From positions 11,415 to 75,414 of the IMG/VR virus record IMGVR_UViG_3300043409_002246: 64,000 nucleotides of DNA. One strand, written 5' to 3'. Each line of letters opens with the position of its first letter. Position 1 is the first letter of the stretch. Below are positions 18,176 to 28,152 of the stretch, piece after piece. This DNA is from a virus. The notes beneath the pieces are model-generated. The model was not told the origin of the DNA and made no database searches. It was given only the letters and a program-made list of their open reading frames with translations. The position numbers and the translations under genes are program-made.

Positions 18176-20062
18176 ATGCCATTTTTCCCTGCGCCTGACG
18201 ATGGTTGCCCCGGCACGGCGATAACGCCCGGTGCCTGCGCTCGATCCGCGCACACGATCAGGCCCGGGGCATGTCCCGACAAGGTTCTCGGCGCTGAAGG
18301 CGCTACTGGCGCTACTGGCGCTACCGGCCCGGCGGGTCCCCAAGGTATCCCCGGAGTTGACGGCGATGATGGCGCTCCCGGAACTCCCGGAACTCCCGGT
18401 GCTCCCGGACTCGATGGCGACGACGGCGCTCCCGGAACTCCCGGAACTCCCGGAAATCCCGGCGCGGACGGAACCAACGGTGTTGACGGTGCCACGATCC
18501 GCAACGGCTCAGGCGCTCCATCGAACGGACTCGGACTCAACGGCGACTACTATCTCAACGTCACCAACGACGATCTCTATTTCAAAGCCGCCGGAACCTA
18601 CTCGGTTGTCGCCACTCTCAAGGGAGCCACGGGAGCTACGGGCGCCCCCGGAACCCCCGGAGCAGACGGAACTGATGGCGACGTGTTCCACGGGACTTCT
18701 GCAAACAGTTTTGCGATTTCCGCAGTTGGTGACGTGGTCGGCATCGTAACGCAGACCGGGTTGAATTTTGCGGTCGGTCAGACGGTTGTTGTAACTGCTG
18801 ACGCTGCCCCCACGAAGTATTTTGTCGCCACGATCACGGCTTACGATTCGGGGACGGGTGCGATCTCGCTTCAGAATACCAAGACGAACGCTGAAGGCGA
18901 GACATTCTCCGCGTGGACGATTACTTTATCGGGCGCTGTCGGCGCTACCGGAAGCCCCGGGGCGGACGGAGCCGACGGAGCCGATGGAACTAACGGAACT
19001 GACGGTTCAGTTTGGCGCGACGGCACGGGGGTTCCCTCTGATGCCCTCGGGGTCAACGGGGACTATTACCTCGATGACGCGACCGGGAACGTGTATCTAC
19101 GCGCTGCGGGCACTTACAGTGTTGTTGCCAGCATCAAGGGTGCGGACGGAGCCGACGGAGCCGACGGCGGCAACGCCGGAAAGATTTTCTACCTCGACTC
19201 ACGCAATGCCTCCGACGTGGGCGGTATGTTCACCGCTCTGGAACTTCCCTCGGCGCTGGCGGAGGAAATACTTACCCTCAACGCCACGGGAACCGGCGAT
19301 AACCTGTTGGCGGAGTTCATTACTGAGCCGGGAGTCCCGAATCAGACTTCCCTGCCCCCCGGGACTGCGTTTCGACACTTCCACGTTTACACCGGTCACG
19401 CTACTCAGGTTTGTCGTTTGAAAGTTGAGCTATACTCCGCCGACGCGAGCGGGGGAAATCAGGTGTTGCTCCGCACGGGATACTCGGCCAACTTCTCGGG
19501 GACAGCGCCTCAAGGTCTTGTGTGGGATTTCTCCGACGCAAACGGTTACAGTTTTTCCAGTTCGAGCCGGATAATTTTCAAGATTTACGTGGCGCGAGTC
19601 AGCGGGGGAGCCCCGGGTTGCGACGGCTATGTCATCTTCAACGGGGATGAAGCTTCATATATCCAGACCACGATCACCGCCGGTTCAGTAGGGCCCGCAG
19701 GATCAACTGGTCGTTCGGTTTTGCTTTGCGCGGGCTATACTCCCTCCGCCACGGGCGCGGACGTAGTCGAGGTCGTGGTTCCTCGCGGCGCCTCCGACGC
19801 ATCGGTTACGTGGAACGTCAACCGGATTACTTTACGGGTGAAGACTGCCGGCGGTGCGCCGGTTGCGGTTGTTGAAAAGTCAACTGCTGCGGGGGTGTTC
19901 TCCGCAACCACGGTCGGCACGCTGACGATGCCGAGCGGCGATTATCAGGTCACGAACGCGACCGCCCTCGGGACGGTTGCCAGCGGAGACAAGCTTCGCT
20001 TCAACGTGACGACGCTCGGAACGGCGCTCTACTGGACAATTCAAGTGGACATTGAGGAATGA
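18176..20062 (+). CDS. collagen-like tail/head fibre protein
   Basis: Several G-X-Y runs; duplicated G..PS..LG.NGDYYL..AAGTYSVVA module. Confidence 0.75.
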   Translation: MPFFPAPDDGCPGTAITPGACARSAHTIRPGACPDKVLGAEGATGATGATGPAGPQGIPGVDGDDGAPGTPGTPGAPGLDGDDGAPGTPGTPGNPGADGTNGVDGATIRNGSGAPSNGLGLNGDYYLNVTNDDLYFKAAGTYSVVATLKGATGATGAPGTPGADGTDGDVFHGTSANSFAISAVGDVVGIVTQTGLNFAVGQTVVVTADAAPTKYFVATITAYDSGTGAISLQNTKTNAEGETFSAWTITLSGAVGATGSPGADGADGADGTNGTDGSVWRDGTGVPSDALGVNGDYYLDDATGNVYLRAAGTYSVVASIKGADGADGADGGNAGKIFYLDSRNASDVGGMFTALELPSALAEEILTLNATGTGDNLLAEFITEPGVPNQTSLPPGTAFRHFHVYTGHATQVCRLKVELYSADASGGNQVLLRTGYSANFSGTAPQGLVWDFSDANGYSFSSSSRIIFKIYVARVSGGAPGCDGYVIFNGDEASYIQTTITAGSVGPAGSTGRSVLLCAGYTPSATGADVVEVVVPRGASDASVTWNVNRITLRVKTAGGAPVAVVEKSTAAGVFSATTVGTLTMPSGDYQVTNATALGTVASGDKLRFNVTTLGTALYWTIQVDIEE

Positions 20063-20757
20063 CGCCGGAACTCCCACCAAGTCAGGACGACGCCAGACCC
20101 GCTCGACGGCTGGGCGAGGTTAGCCGGAAGGCTGGCAGAGCTACCCCGCCGAAGACCCGGTGCGCGGGAGACGGGTGCCCGTGTCCGAAGGCGGTTAGAA
20201 TGGTAAAGCGGGACCGGCTGGACCTCGACGTTACCGTTGCCTCCGGACAACTGGATGTTAAGACTGTCCGGGCTTCTGATCGCCTCTCGGTGGACAACAC
20301 GATGCTCCTTGGGTGGGGGCCCCCGGTTCGACGGTATTGTCGTGATTTGCTGGGGCTTGATAACACTTTGGCGAGTGGGATGTTGAACCCGAGGGGCAAA
20401 ACCTTGAGGGACTTCCTGAACTTGAGCAACACGTTTTTGGACGGCGTTTACCTGATTACCGTCGCTCCATACGACGCCCCCCAAGACCGTTTGAGCGTGG
20501 TGAATTTCACAGTCTCCGGCGACTACATTCAGCGGGTGTTGCCGAACGAGGCCCCGCAGGACCGCTTGGTCATCGGAAACTTCTTTGATTCCGGGGACTA
20601 CATTCAGCGGGTGCTTCCGAATGAGGCCCCCACGGACAAACTTTTGATCGGGAATGAGATTGTCTCAGGAGAGTATGACCGGAAGGTGTTCCCCACGGAG
20701 GCGCCGTCGGAAAAATTGTCGTTGACAAACAGCATGGTTTCGGGCACTTATAGTTGA
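20059..20757 (+). CDS. structural protein with four ~25-aa C-terminal repeats
   Basis: (E/D)AP-x-D-x-L...SG(D/E)Y repeats. Confidence 0.6.
   Translation: MTPELPPSQDDARPARRLGEVSRKAGRATPPKTRCAGDGCPCPKAVRMVKRDRLDLDVTVASGQLDVKTVRASDRLSVDNTMLLGWGPPVRRYCRDLLGLDNTLASGMLNPRGKTLRDFLNLSNTFLDGVYLITVAPYDAPQDRLSVVNFTVSGDYIQRVLPNEAPQDRLVIGNFFDSGDYIQRVLPNEAPTDKLLIGNEIVSGEYDRKVFPTEAPSEKLSLTNSMVSGTYS
20722..20750 (+). promoter_or_regulatory. class A promoter variant TTGACA-N17-CACTTA
   Basis: Motif embedded in the upstream CDS end, ahead of ATG 20763. Confidence 0.6.
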
Positions 20758-20762
20758 GGACT

Positions 20763-22211
20763 ATGATGAACAAAAAATGTGAGTTTCACGGATCGAGTTT
20801 GGGAATGTCGAACCATTTCAAGGCTCAGATTATCGAGCGGCGCAAAGGTCATCCCGACGAGGGCAAAGTCGTGTTCGAGACGCCGACGGCGCCGAACTTG
20901 ATCTTGCAGAACGGGATGAACCGGTTTGCGACTAATGGCATCGCCACGAATTTTACTCACTGCGCCATCGGGTCTGACGCGACCCCGGTCGAGGACGATT
21001 CTGGCGCCGTCACGGCAACCACGACGGGGACCGCCTGCAATTCCGACGGAGCTTTCTTCGTAGTGGGAGACGTTGGGAAGCTGCTTCGGTTCGACACCGG
21101 GGAGAAGTCCATCATCGCCGCGTATGTGGACGGCGATACGGTTACGCTCTCCGATACGCTCAACGTGTCCTCCGGCACCCTGTTTACGATGTATCGCATC
21201 GCGCAGACCGGGCTGTTCGCGGAGGTCAAAAGGTCCAGCACATACCTCACGGGCTCGGGGAACTGCGGCACCACTCTTTCGGGGAGCTTGTTCACTCACC
21301 AACGGACCTTCGACTTCCCAGTTGAAACGGGTGATGTGACATATAGTGAAGTCGGATTCGGGGCCTCCGCAACCGTGGCGCAAAACCTCTACATGCGGGG
21401 CATCTTCTCGGGCGCCCCCGTGTCGGTTTTGACAGGCCAGCAAATCCGGGTGATCTACTACTTCTTGCTTACGGTGTCTCCGACCTCCCCGCGCGATGGA
21501 GAGGTAGCCGTCTCTGGATGGCCGTCCCTCGAACACCCCGTGGCGATGGACGAGACTACGGACAAAGTAACGCTAGTAACACACGGGTTCGCGGCGGGGA
21601 CCCAAATCTTTTTCGACGGAGCGGTGTGTCCTACCGGACTCACGTTCAATACGAACTATTTCGTAATCACGGTTGACGGCGATCACTTCAAATTGGCGGA
21701 GACTTACGCCGACGCCATCGCGGGGACTCCCGTCATTGACTTTACCTCGAACGGGACCTCGGTGATCCTGTTCACCAACACCAAGGGGACTGAACAGATG
21801 ATGGGCCCCTACGTGACTTCAGTCCTTTCGGCTACGGGAGGCAACACCAGCTATATTACGGGGGCGAACAGCGCGGTTCTTCAAACGTTGGAACCTTCGG
21901 GAGGTAAGGCTATGAGACTGTCGGTTACTTCAACCGTCCACGGCACTTGGCCGACTGCGGTCGCTATCACCCTTCTCGCGGACGCGGCCTTGACGGCGGA
22001 GGCGTATGTCCAAGACAGCCACGAGAAGTTTTATGGTGGGTCTTTTGCCGTTGGAGCCGGAAATTCTGCGGTGCTCCGGAGTATTCAAGTAACCTCGACT
22101 GACGGTTCCGGGCCCGGGCTAAGATACCTGTTCGACCACAATCAGGAAAAGACGAGCCTCTACACCTTGGCCTTTCGGTTTAAGTTTACTTGGGATTGGG
22201 ACTTCTCCTAA
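20763..22211 (+). CDS. virion structural/tail protein
   Basis: PNLILQNG, AIGSDATP, EVG motifs seen in tail-associated proteins; Thr/Gly-rich. Confidence 0.55.
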   Translation: MMNKKCEFHGSSLGMSNHFKAQIIERRKGHPDEGKVVFETPTAPNLILQNGMNRFATNGIATNFTHCAIGSDATPVEDDSGAVTATTTGTACNSDGAFFVVGDVGKLLRFDTGEKSIIAAYVDGDTVTLSDTLNVSSGTLFTMYRIAQTGLFAEVKRSSTYLTGSGNCGTTLSGSLFTHQRTFDFPVETGDVTYSEVGFGASATVAQNLYMRGIFSGAPVSVLTGQQIRVIYYFLLTVSPTSPRDGEVAVSGWPSLEHPVAMDETTDKVTLVTHGFAAGTQIFFDGAVCPTGLTFNTNYFVITVDGDHFKLAETYADAIAGTPVIDFTSNGTSVILFTNTKGTEQMMGPYVTSVLSATGGNTSYITGANSAVLQTLEPSGGKAMRLSVTSTVHGTWPTAVAITLLADAALTAEAYVQDSHEKFYGGSFAVGAGNSAVLRSIQVTSTDGSGPGLRYLFDHNQEKTSLYTLAFRFKFTWDWDFS

Positions 22212-22217
22212 AATTTT

Positions 22218-23192
22218 ATGGCACAATTCACTAAATACACCAGTTCCGACGTAGGCGCTCCGGCACTCACGGGACGCACGGGCACCCTTATCGGGGTTCT
22301 AAACTTTTGCTTGGTCACGGGGCAGGGGTGGACGCACCCGGTCGCTACCGCCGGCGACATTGGAACGTTCAAGCAATTCGACGCAGTCGGAACCAAGCGG
22401 ACGCTGCTGATAAACGACGCCGGGCCTGACGGAACCTCAACTTTCAAGGAGGCGTGGGCAACCGGGTGGACAAATTGTGTCGGCGTAGGCTCCCCGGTAG
22501 GAACCGGATCAGGCCAGTTTCCTCTCCCGTCTCAAGAATCTACCACTGGAAAATTGTGGGTTCGTAAATCTGTAGCAGTTGACGACGCGGCCCGGGCGTG
22601 GCAATGTTACGCCGACGGTCGCACGTTTCATCTGTTCGTGAAATCCGAGGGAACCTCGACTTACTACTCATTACACTTCGGGGAGTTTTACTCATTGGCG
22701 GGGAGTGCGGATGTTGGAAATTGTTTCATCGCGGGGAGGGTAGTCACGGCTGCGACTCTCTCTCAAGCCGCCGGAAGTCTGGACTCTCAAAGGAGTCCGC
22801 TTCAAAGCTCCGGAATTCTCGGAAGCTATTTCGCGGATACGCAGGCGGGGGGCGGGGGCTCTACTCGATTTTACAACATGGGGGACCCGGGAAAACAATC
22901 AGGGGTTTTTGCCAGCAGTAGCGGGTTGCCGACGTTAGGTAGCATACCCGCTCCAAACCCAGCCGACGGGGCCTACTATTTATCCCCGCTGAAGTTACTC
23001 GACGAGCAATGGAACATTCGTGGGAGACAGCGCGGGCTCTACCACTTATGTCACCCGACGGCATCTTTTGCCGACGGCGCAACTTTCAACGGCGCGGGCG
23101 ACTATGCTGGAAAAACTTTTGCGGTAGTTTCTCTCGGTTCCGCTTCCGGGCACTACTGTATCGAAACCAGCGACACTCTCGAAACGAACTGA
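22218..23192 (+). CDS. tail-associated protein (paralog A)
   Basis: MAQFTKY..DVGAP.L.G..G.LIGVL..CLVTG; collinear with the next gene. Confidence 0.65.
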   Translation: MAQFTKYTSSDVGAPALTGRTGTLIGVLNFCLVTGQGWTHPVATAGDIGTFKQFDAVGTKRTLLINDAGPDGTSTFKEAWATGWTNCVGVGSPVGTGSGQFPLPSQESTTGKLWVRKSVAVDDAARAWQCYADGRTFHLFVKSEGTSTYYSLHFGEFYSLAGSADVGNCFIAGRVVTAATLSQAAGSLDSQRSPLQSSGILGSYFADTQAGGGGSTRFYNMGDPGKQSGVFASSSGLPTLGSIPAPNPADGAYYLSPLKLLDEQWNIRGRQRGLYHLCHPTASFADGATFNGAGDYAGKTFAVVSLGSASGHYCIETSDTLETN

Positions 23193-23193
23193 T

Positions 23194-24168
23194 ATGGCTC
23201 AATTCACCAAATACAGTTTCGCCGATGTCGGTGCTCCGCAGTTGTCCGGGGAAGTGGGGAAGCTGATTGGGGTGCTAGACCACTGTCTAGTTACCGGTCA
23301 GAGTTGGACGCACCCGGTAGCGACCGCCGGAAACTGCGCGAGTTACCAGCCCCCGGCGGGCGTGGCATACATTCTGCACGTAAACGACAACGGGCCTCAC
23401 GGCACGGCGCTCGCGAAGGAGGCGCGGATGACCGGGTGGGTTTCTCTCTCCGCCGTCGGTGGAGTCGGAGTCGGGACGGGCCAGTTTCCGACCCCCGCGC
23501 AATGCCTGACTACCGGGTTTGTTAACTATCGAAAGTCCATCAGTGCCGACGCCGCGATAGTCCCGTGGGTTTGCTACGCCGACGACAGGACCTTTTACCT
23601 TTTCGTGACCTCCGGCGACGGGGTCTTAAACCTCCATTACGGGTTCGGCTTTGGTGAGTTTTACTCTTACTACCCCGGGACGACGGACGCAAATCGAGTC
23701 GGTATTTTTGGGAGGTCCGTGGAGAATTCGGCCAGTGTTTCCGGGACTAGCGGCGGTCTAGCCAACCAAACTAAGCCGAGCATGACCATTACTTCCTGTA
23801 AGGGGCGCTATGCCGCAGACACCGCTGCGGGAGGCGCAGGTAGCCAGCAGCTTTTCCCGAACTACAACGTAGGATTTTGTTCTGGTGTTGAAGTGACAAC
23901 TCCCCTATACTTCTCCGGAGGAAGCCAGCATTGCCACGCAGACAACTCCCGATACATACAACCAATCCTCCTGCTTGACGCAGCTTGGGGGGTCCGGGCG
24001 CAGTATCGCGGGCTTCACACGATGATTGGGGCTTACTACGTGGCCGAGGGGGTGAAGATTATCGGGACGGGAGACTACGAGGGAAAAACATTTGACGTTA
24101 TTTCTGCGTGCGACTACGCCAACGTGATTTTGGTTGAAACCAGCGACACCCTTCCTACGAACGCTTGA
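23194..24168 (+). CDS. tail-associated protein (paralog B)
   Basis: Same length (324 aa) and same termini as the previous gene. Confidence 0.65.
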   Translation: MAQFTKYSFADVGAPQLSGEVGKLIGVLDHCLVTGQSWTHPVATAGNCASYQPPAGVAYILHVNDNGPHGTALAKEARMTGWVSLSAVGGVGVGTGQFPTPAQCLTTGFVNYRKSISADAAIVPWVCYADDRTFYLFVTSGDGVLNLHYGFGFGEFYSYYPGTTDANRVGIFGRSVENSASVSGTSGGLANQTKPSMTITSCKGRYAADTAAGGAGSQQLFPNYNVGFCSGVEVTTPLYFSGGSQHCHADNSRYIQPILLLDAAWGVRAQYRGLHTMIGAYYVAEGVKIIGTGDYEGKTFDVISACDYANVILVETSDTLPTNA

Positions 24169-24169
24169 T

Positions 24170-24673
24170 ATGCCTGACGCTTATCCAATTCCGGAACCTC
24201 GCCCGCGTGCGGCGGCGTTTACGAGTATGCCGGTGCATGACATGGCCCCCCGGGCGGTAGCAACTAAAACGATTTACCTCGGGGAGGGGGGAGGCCCGCT
24301 CAATAACTCAGTCGGAAAGAACGCGGTGGAGGGTAGCCCGGACACCCCTAGCTTGGAAATCAGGGATGTCGGATTGTGGCGATTCAGGTGGGTGGTCGCG
24401 GCGGGAGATCGCACGCTCTCCGTTCGCGTGAAGCAGCCGGCGAACGTGACTCCCTACCCGAGTGTGGTTCTGAAGAAGAACACCGGGGTCGGGTTGAACG
24501 CCGACGCTACGTTCGCGAGCGCAGGCGGCGCCGGCTGGGTGACGATCACCGCGAGTTTTACCGCTTCCGCCGCCGGGGCGATTTGGGTGGAGTTGCACAA
24601 TAACGCGCGCTCGGCATCGGTTCTAGGGGTAATCCGGACGCCGGCCTACTTCGATCATATCGTCGTTACATGA
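24170..24673 (+). CDS. hypothetical beta-rich structural protein
   Basis: ORF in the tail operon; ATG follows the upstream stop by 1 nt. Confidence 0.55.
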   Translation: MPDAYPIPEPRPRAAAFTSMPVHDMAPRAVATKTIYLGEGGGPLNNSVGKNAVEGSPDTPSLEIRDVGLWRFRWVVAAGDRTLSVRVKQPANVTPYPSVVLKKNTGVGLNADATFASAGGAGWVTITASFTASAAGAIWVELHNNARSASVLGVIRTPAYFDHIVVT

Positions 24674-24834
24674 CGGCCACGAATGAAATCGTAGTGTGGC
24701 TGAACGGTGCTCCGGTCGTCGCTTTGAACTCGAACCGGGAGTTCGACATCTGGCTCGACGGCGCCCCGGTTCTCGACATTGACGAAGGCGGACTTGGCAT
24801 TGACGCCGCGCGGCGCCGGGTGGCGATATTTTGA
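24670..24834 (+). CDS. 54-aa protein missed by the ORF track (MTATNEIVVWLNGAPVV...RRRVAIF)
   Basis: Translated by hand; ATGA overlap; internal repeat WL[ND]GAPV; fills the gap up to the next promoter. Confidence 0.65.
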   Translation: MTATNEIVVWLNGAPVVALNSNREFDIWLDGAPVLDIDEGGLGIDAARRRVAIF

Positions 24835-24836
24835 CG

Positions 24837-24865
24837 TTGACAGATGGGTCAAAATGACCCATCTT
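24837..24865 (+). promoter_or_regulatory. class A promoter TTGACA-N17-CATCTT
   Basis: Exact motif. Confidence 0.8.
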
Positions 24866-24885
24866 AAGTGGTAGAGCAAAACATT

Positions 24886-25221
24886 ATGAAAACACCGATT
24901 GATCTTGGCCAGAAGTCCGAAACCGAAACCGGGCCGGTGCCCGTGAGTATGCCGGAGTCGCCCGGAAAAGAGTGTTGCCACTATCCCTGCCTCTACATTG
25001 ACGGCGGGCCCGAACTGGCCGACCTGCCGGCCTCTGGCGTCATGGAGATCGCGTTCAAGCGAAACTCCTGCACCGTAACCGACCGCGACGGCAAAAAGAC
25101 TACCAGCGTGTCGGTTGACGTGCTGAAGATTCTCGAAGTGGAAGCCGACGCGAGCCTCGGCGAGGAAGCTGAAGATACCGACGACGTGCTCGACAAACTG
25201 GCGGCTGAATCTGAGGATTGA
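24886..25221 (+). CDS. hypothetical acidic protein
   Basis: ORF following the promoter. Confidence 0.6.
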   Translation: MKTPIDLGQKSETETGPVPVSMPESPGKECCHYPCLYIDGGPELADLPASGVMEIAFKRNSCTVTDRDGKKTTSVSVDVLKILEVEADASLGEEAEDTDDVLDKLAAESED

Positions 25222-26177
25222 TGATGGAAACACGACTGATTGACATCCTGCCGGAGGTCCAGAAGATCGTCGGCAACAGCAACGAAAGCTTTCTCCTGCG
25301 CCGGGTGACGGACGTGGTGGAGTTGCTCGCCAACAAGGGCGACTTCGATGCGTTGCTCGGCACGCTCGACATCTGCGTGTCCAGTCGGATCGTAACCCTG
25401 CCCCCGGAGGTCGAAGTGATCCTCGGGTGCAACATGGTTGGCACGCCGGCAATGGCGCGCGACAACCTTTTTGAATTTCACCTGAACGGCCCGGGCTCGT
25501 GCGGGGCCGCGATTCGTTACGAATGGATGGACATGGGGGACACCTGCACTTACCGCGAACTCGCCTGCCCCGGGCGGCTTTACGGTTACTGCTACGAAAC
25601 TGCCGACGAGCAATGCGAGATGTGGGCGGAGGGCCTCGACACGAACGGCAACACCATCCGCACGGAAGTCTCGGAGGGAAACTGGCGCGACGGATACAAA
25701 ATCCCCGTGTTCAAGACGTATCACGCCGCCGATGCTGACGCTCCAATTTTTGCACGCATCACCCGGATTCGCAAACCGCTTACCGCTGGTCCCTTGCGAG
25801 TGACGACTATCGCTGGCGAAGGGACGGACGAGATTCTTCTCGGGGTTTACCAGTCTTACGAGACGTTGCCGAAGTATCGCCGAATCAAGCTTTCGACGGA
25901 GGTTGATTGGGTCCGCATTTACTACCGGAAGCGGAACCTTGAGGTCCGCAGCCGCTACGACATCCTCCCCCTCGCGCCCGCGCAGGCTATCATCATGGGC
26001 CTCCGGGCGCTCAAAGCCTACGACAGCCCCGGCGGATTCGCGGAAGGCGAAGCGTTCGAGGCAACGGCGGTGCGCTGGATCACGGAAGACCAGATGACCC
26101 GGCGACCGAACGCGGTTCACCCGGTTCAGGTGTCCGATGCGAGCCCGCTGCTCGACTCATTCGACTCGATGGATTAA
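25221..26177 (+). CDS. putative head-tail adaptor (tail tubular protein A-like)
   Basis: Size and position before the nozzle-like gene; helical termini. Confidence 0.5.
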   Translation: MMETRLIDILPEVQKIVGNSNESFLLRRVTDVVELLANKGDFDALLGTLDICVSSRIVTLPPEVEVILGCNMVGTPAMARDNLFEFHLNGPGSCGAAIRYEWMDMGDTCTYRELACPGRLYGYCYETADEQCEMWAEGLDTNGNTIRTEVSEGNWRDGYKIPVFKTYHAADADAPIFARITRIRKPLTAGPLRVTTIAGEGTDEILLGVYQSYETLPKYRRIKLSTEVDWVRIYYRKRNLEVRSRYDILPLAPAQAIIMGLRALKAYDSPGGFAEGEAFEATAVRWITEDQMTRRPNAVHPVQVSDASPLLDSFDSMD

Positions 26178-26181
26178 CGAC

Positions 26182-28152
26182 ATGGCTATCGGCAATTTGA
26201 AAGACGGCGACCTGCGCTTCACGCGAGGGATGGACTCGATTAGCGATCCCATTACCCTCGGGGCGGAGTCATACACCTTTGCCGTGAACATGCTCAATCG
26301 CGGCGGCGCGATGCAGACCCGGCCCGGGCTGGTTCCGCGTGTTCTCCTTCCTAAAGGGAAGCTTCAAGGGCTTTCTGTCTTCCAGCCGAGGCGGGGAGTT
26401 CCGACGCTCGTGTCGTTCGTGGACGGCGTGGCGCACGCGACCAATTTCCCATACCGCGACTACCGGGTTGTCGGCGGCGCGACCATGTCGCCGGTTGCGG
26501 ACAAGGTTTTCACGGCCTCAACCACGAAAGCGGTCGAGCGCAACTTCGACAACTCGATCAAGCTCGTTGCGCCTTACTCGGTCCTGATGGTTCAGGACGG
26601 ACTGAGCGCGGCGGCATATTTCGACGGTCGCATCATGGCGCGTCCGACTGGCGATTATCGGACCCCGATGGGGACGAGCATGGCTTGGGCCGGCGCCCGG
26701 CTTTGGGTTGCCCGTCGGGAGAAGCTTTTTGCCTCCGACATCGCGGACCCGCTATCGTTCTATGAGCAGGCTTTCAACACGCTCGGCGGGCTGAGTTACT
26801 TTTTGCTCCCCGGCGCCTGCACCGGCCTCTCGCCGATTCCCGGGACGAACACGGCGGTAAAGACCCCGCTGATTGCCTTCACCAACGACACAACGACCAT
26901 GTTCCTCGCGAACATTCTCAGCCGCGACTTGTGGGCGACGACTCCAGACTTCCAAAGCCCGATGTTCGACTCGCTCGGGTGTGTGGCCCCGCGTAGCATC
27001 GTGGCGCTGAACGGGATGTTGTGGTGGTTCTCCGCTTTCGGCCAGACGCGCCTCGACGCCGCCGCTGCGTCGTATGTGTCAACCAAGATTGACTATCTGG
27101 ACCGGGAGATGGCGCGGAGCGCGAAGAGTTTGTCCGGCAATCTGTCCGGCATCGCGTGTGCCGGCTTCGAGAACTTCATGCTGTCAAGCGTGCCGTTCGC
27201 GAGCAAGAAAAATGTCCATACTTGGGTTTACGACGCGAACACGATCAAGACGCTCAACGAGGAATTTCCGGCGGCTTGGGCGAGCATCTGGACGGGCATC
27301 AACCCGGTCCAGTGGGTGTCCGTCCGCACGGACGGCAACGCGCGACTGTTCTGCGTGTCCGCCGACGCCGACGGCAACAACCGAATTTACGAAGCCTTCA
27401 CCGGCGAGCGCCGCGACGGCGGCTGCGACATCCCTTGGCGCTTCGAGAGCCGGGCCTACTCTGCCGGCGGGAGCAACCGGAAGCATTTCCGCTTCATGGA
27501 ATACGCGCTCTCGGAGATCGAGGGGCAGGTTGACATCAACATCTCGTGGGCCGGCGCGAACCGGGGCCGGTGGAAGTCCATCGCGACGCCGACGTTCAAC
27601 GCCCAAGAGGGCAACATTGACGCGACCCGGACCTACGAAGCTGACGACCAGATTTACGGACTGAAGAAACAGTCGCGCCACGCGCGCACGCAGGACGTTC
27701 GCGACATGGCTGAAGACAGCTTGACCTCCGCCGGGGTGGAGGGCGACATCTACCTTGTGGAAGTCGAGAAAGAACCGGTTGACACCGCTTTTCAAGTCGC
27801 CTTCGAGGGCTCGGGCCCTTGCGCGATCCGCGCGCTGCGCCTGTTCATGGACGCGGAGAAGGACCCGGACGGCGGGATGCAGGATAATCTGGAAAGCGAT
27901 GACCATTTTGTCAGGGTTGATGGCGGGGCGGCTAAAAGCGAAGTTGACCTGCGCGTTGATCCCGAGAGCTTTACCGCAACGGCGACGGAAACCGCGATCA
28001 TCGGGAACCTGTCGGCCACGGGCACCGCGACCATCGTGAGCACGATCAGCCAGTCGGATGCGGACAAGCGGGCCAGCCAAGTCGCGCGCCAGCGCGCGGA
28101 GAATCGCGTCCGCCGGGACAGCGAGCCTTACGTCGGGGGTAGCCTAGTATGA
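26182..28152 (+). CDS. putative tail nozzle (tubular protein B / P22 gp10-like)
   Basis: F..GM.S..DP..L, G.MQTRPG, RLWVA..LFASD, GCVAPRSI beta-propeller-like signatures. Confidence 0.65.
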   Translation: MAIGNLKDGDLRFTRGMDSISDPITLGAESYTFAVNMLNRGGAMQTRPGLVPRVLLPKGKLQGLSVFQPRRGVPTLVSFVDGVAHATNFPYRDYRVVGGATMSPVADKVFTASTTKAVERNFDNSIKLVAPYSVLMVQDGLSAAAYFDGRIMARPTGDYRTPMGTSMAWAGARLWVARREKLFASDIADPLSFYEQAFNTLGGLSYFLLPGACTGLSPIPGTNTAVKTPLIAFTNDTTTMFLANILSRDLWATTPDFQSPMFDSLGCVAPRSIVALNGMLWWFSAFGQTRLDAAAASYVSTKIDYLDREMARSAKSLSGNLSGIACAGFENFMLSSVPFASKKNVHTWVYDANTIKTLNEEFPAAWASIWTGINPVQWVSVRTDGNARLFCVSADADGNNRIYEAFTGERRDGGCDIPWRFESRAYSAGGSNRKHFRFMEYALSEIEGQVDINISWAGANRGRWKSIATPTFNAQEGNIDATRTYEADDQIYGLKKQSRHARTQDVRDMAEDSLTSAGVEGDIYLVEVEKEPVDTAFQVAFEGSGPCAIRALRLFMDAEKDPDGGMQDNLESDDHFVRVDGGAAKSEVDLRVDPESFTATATETAIIGNLSATGTATIVSTISQSDADKRASQVARQRAENRVRRDSEPYVGGSLV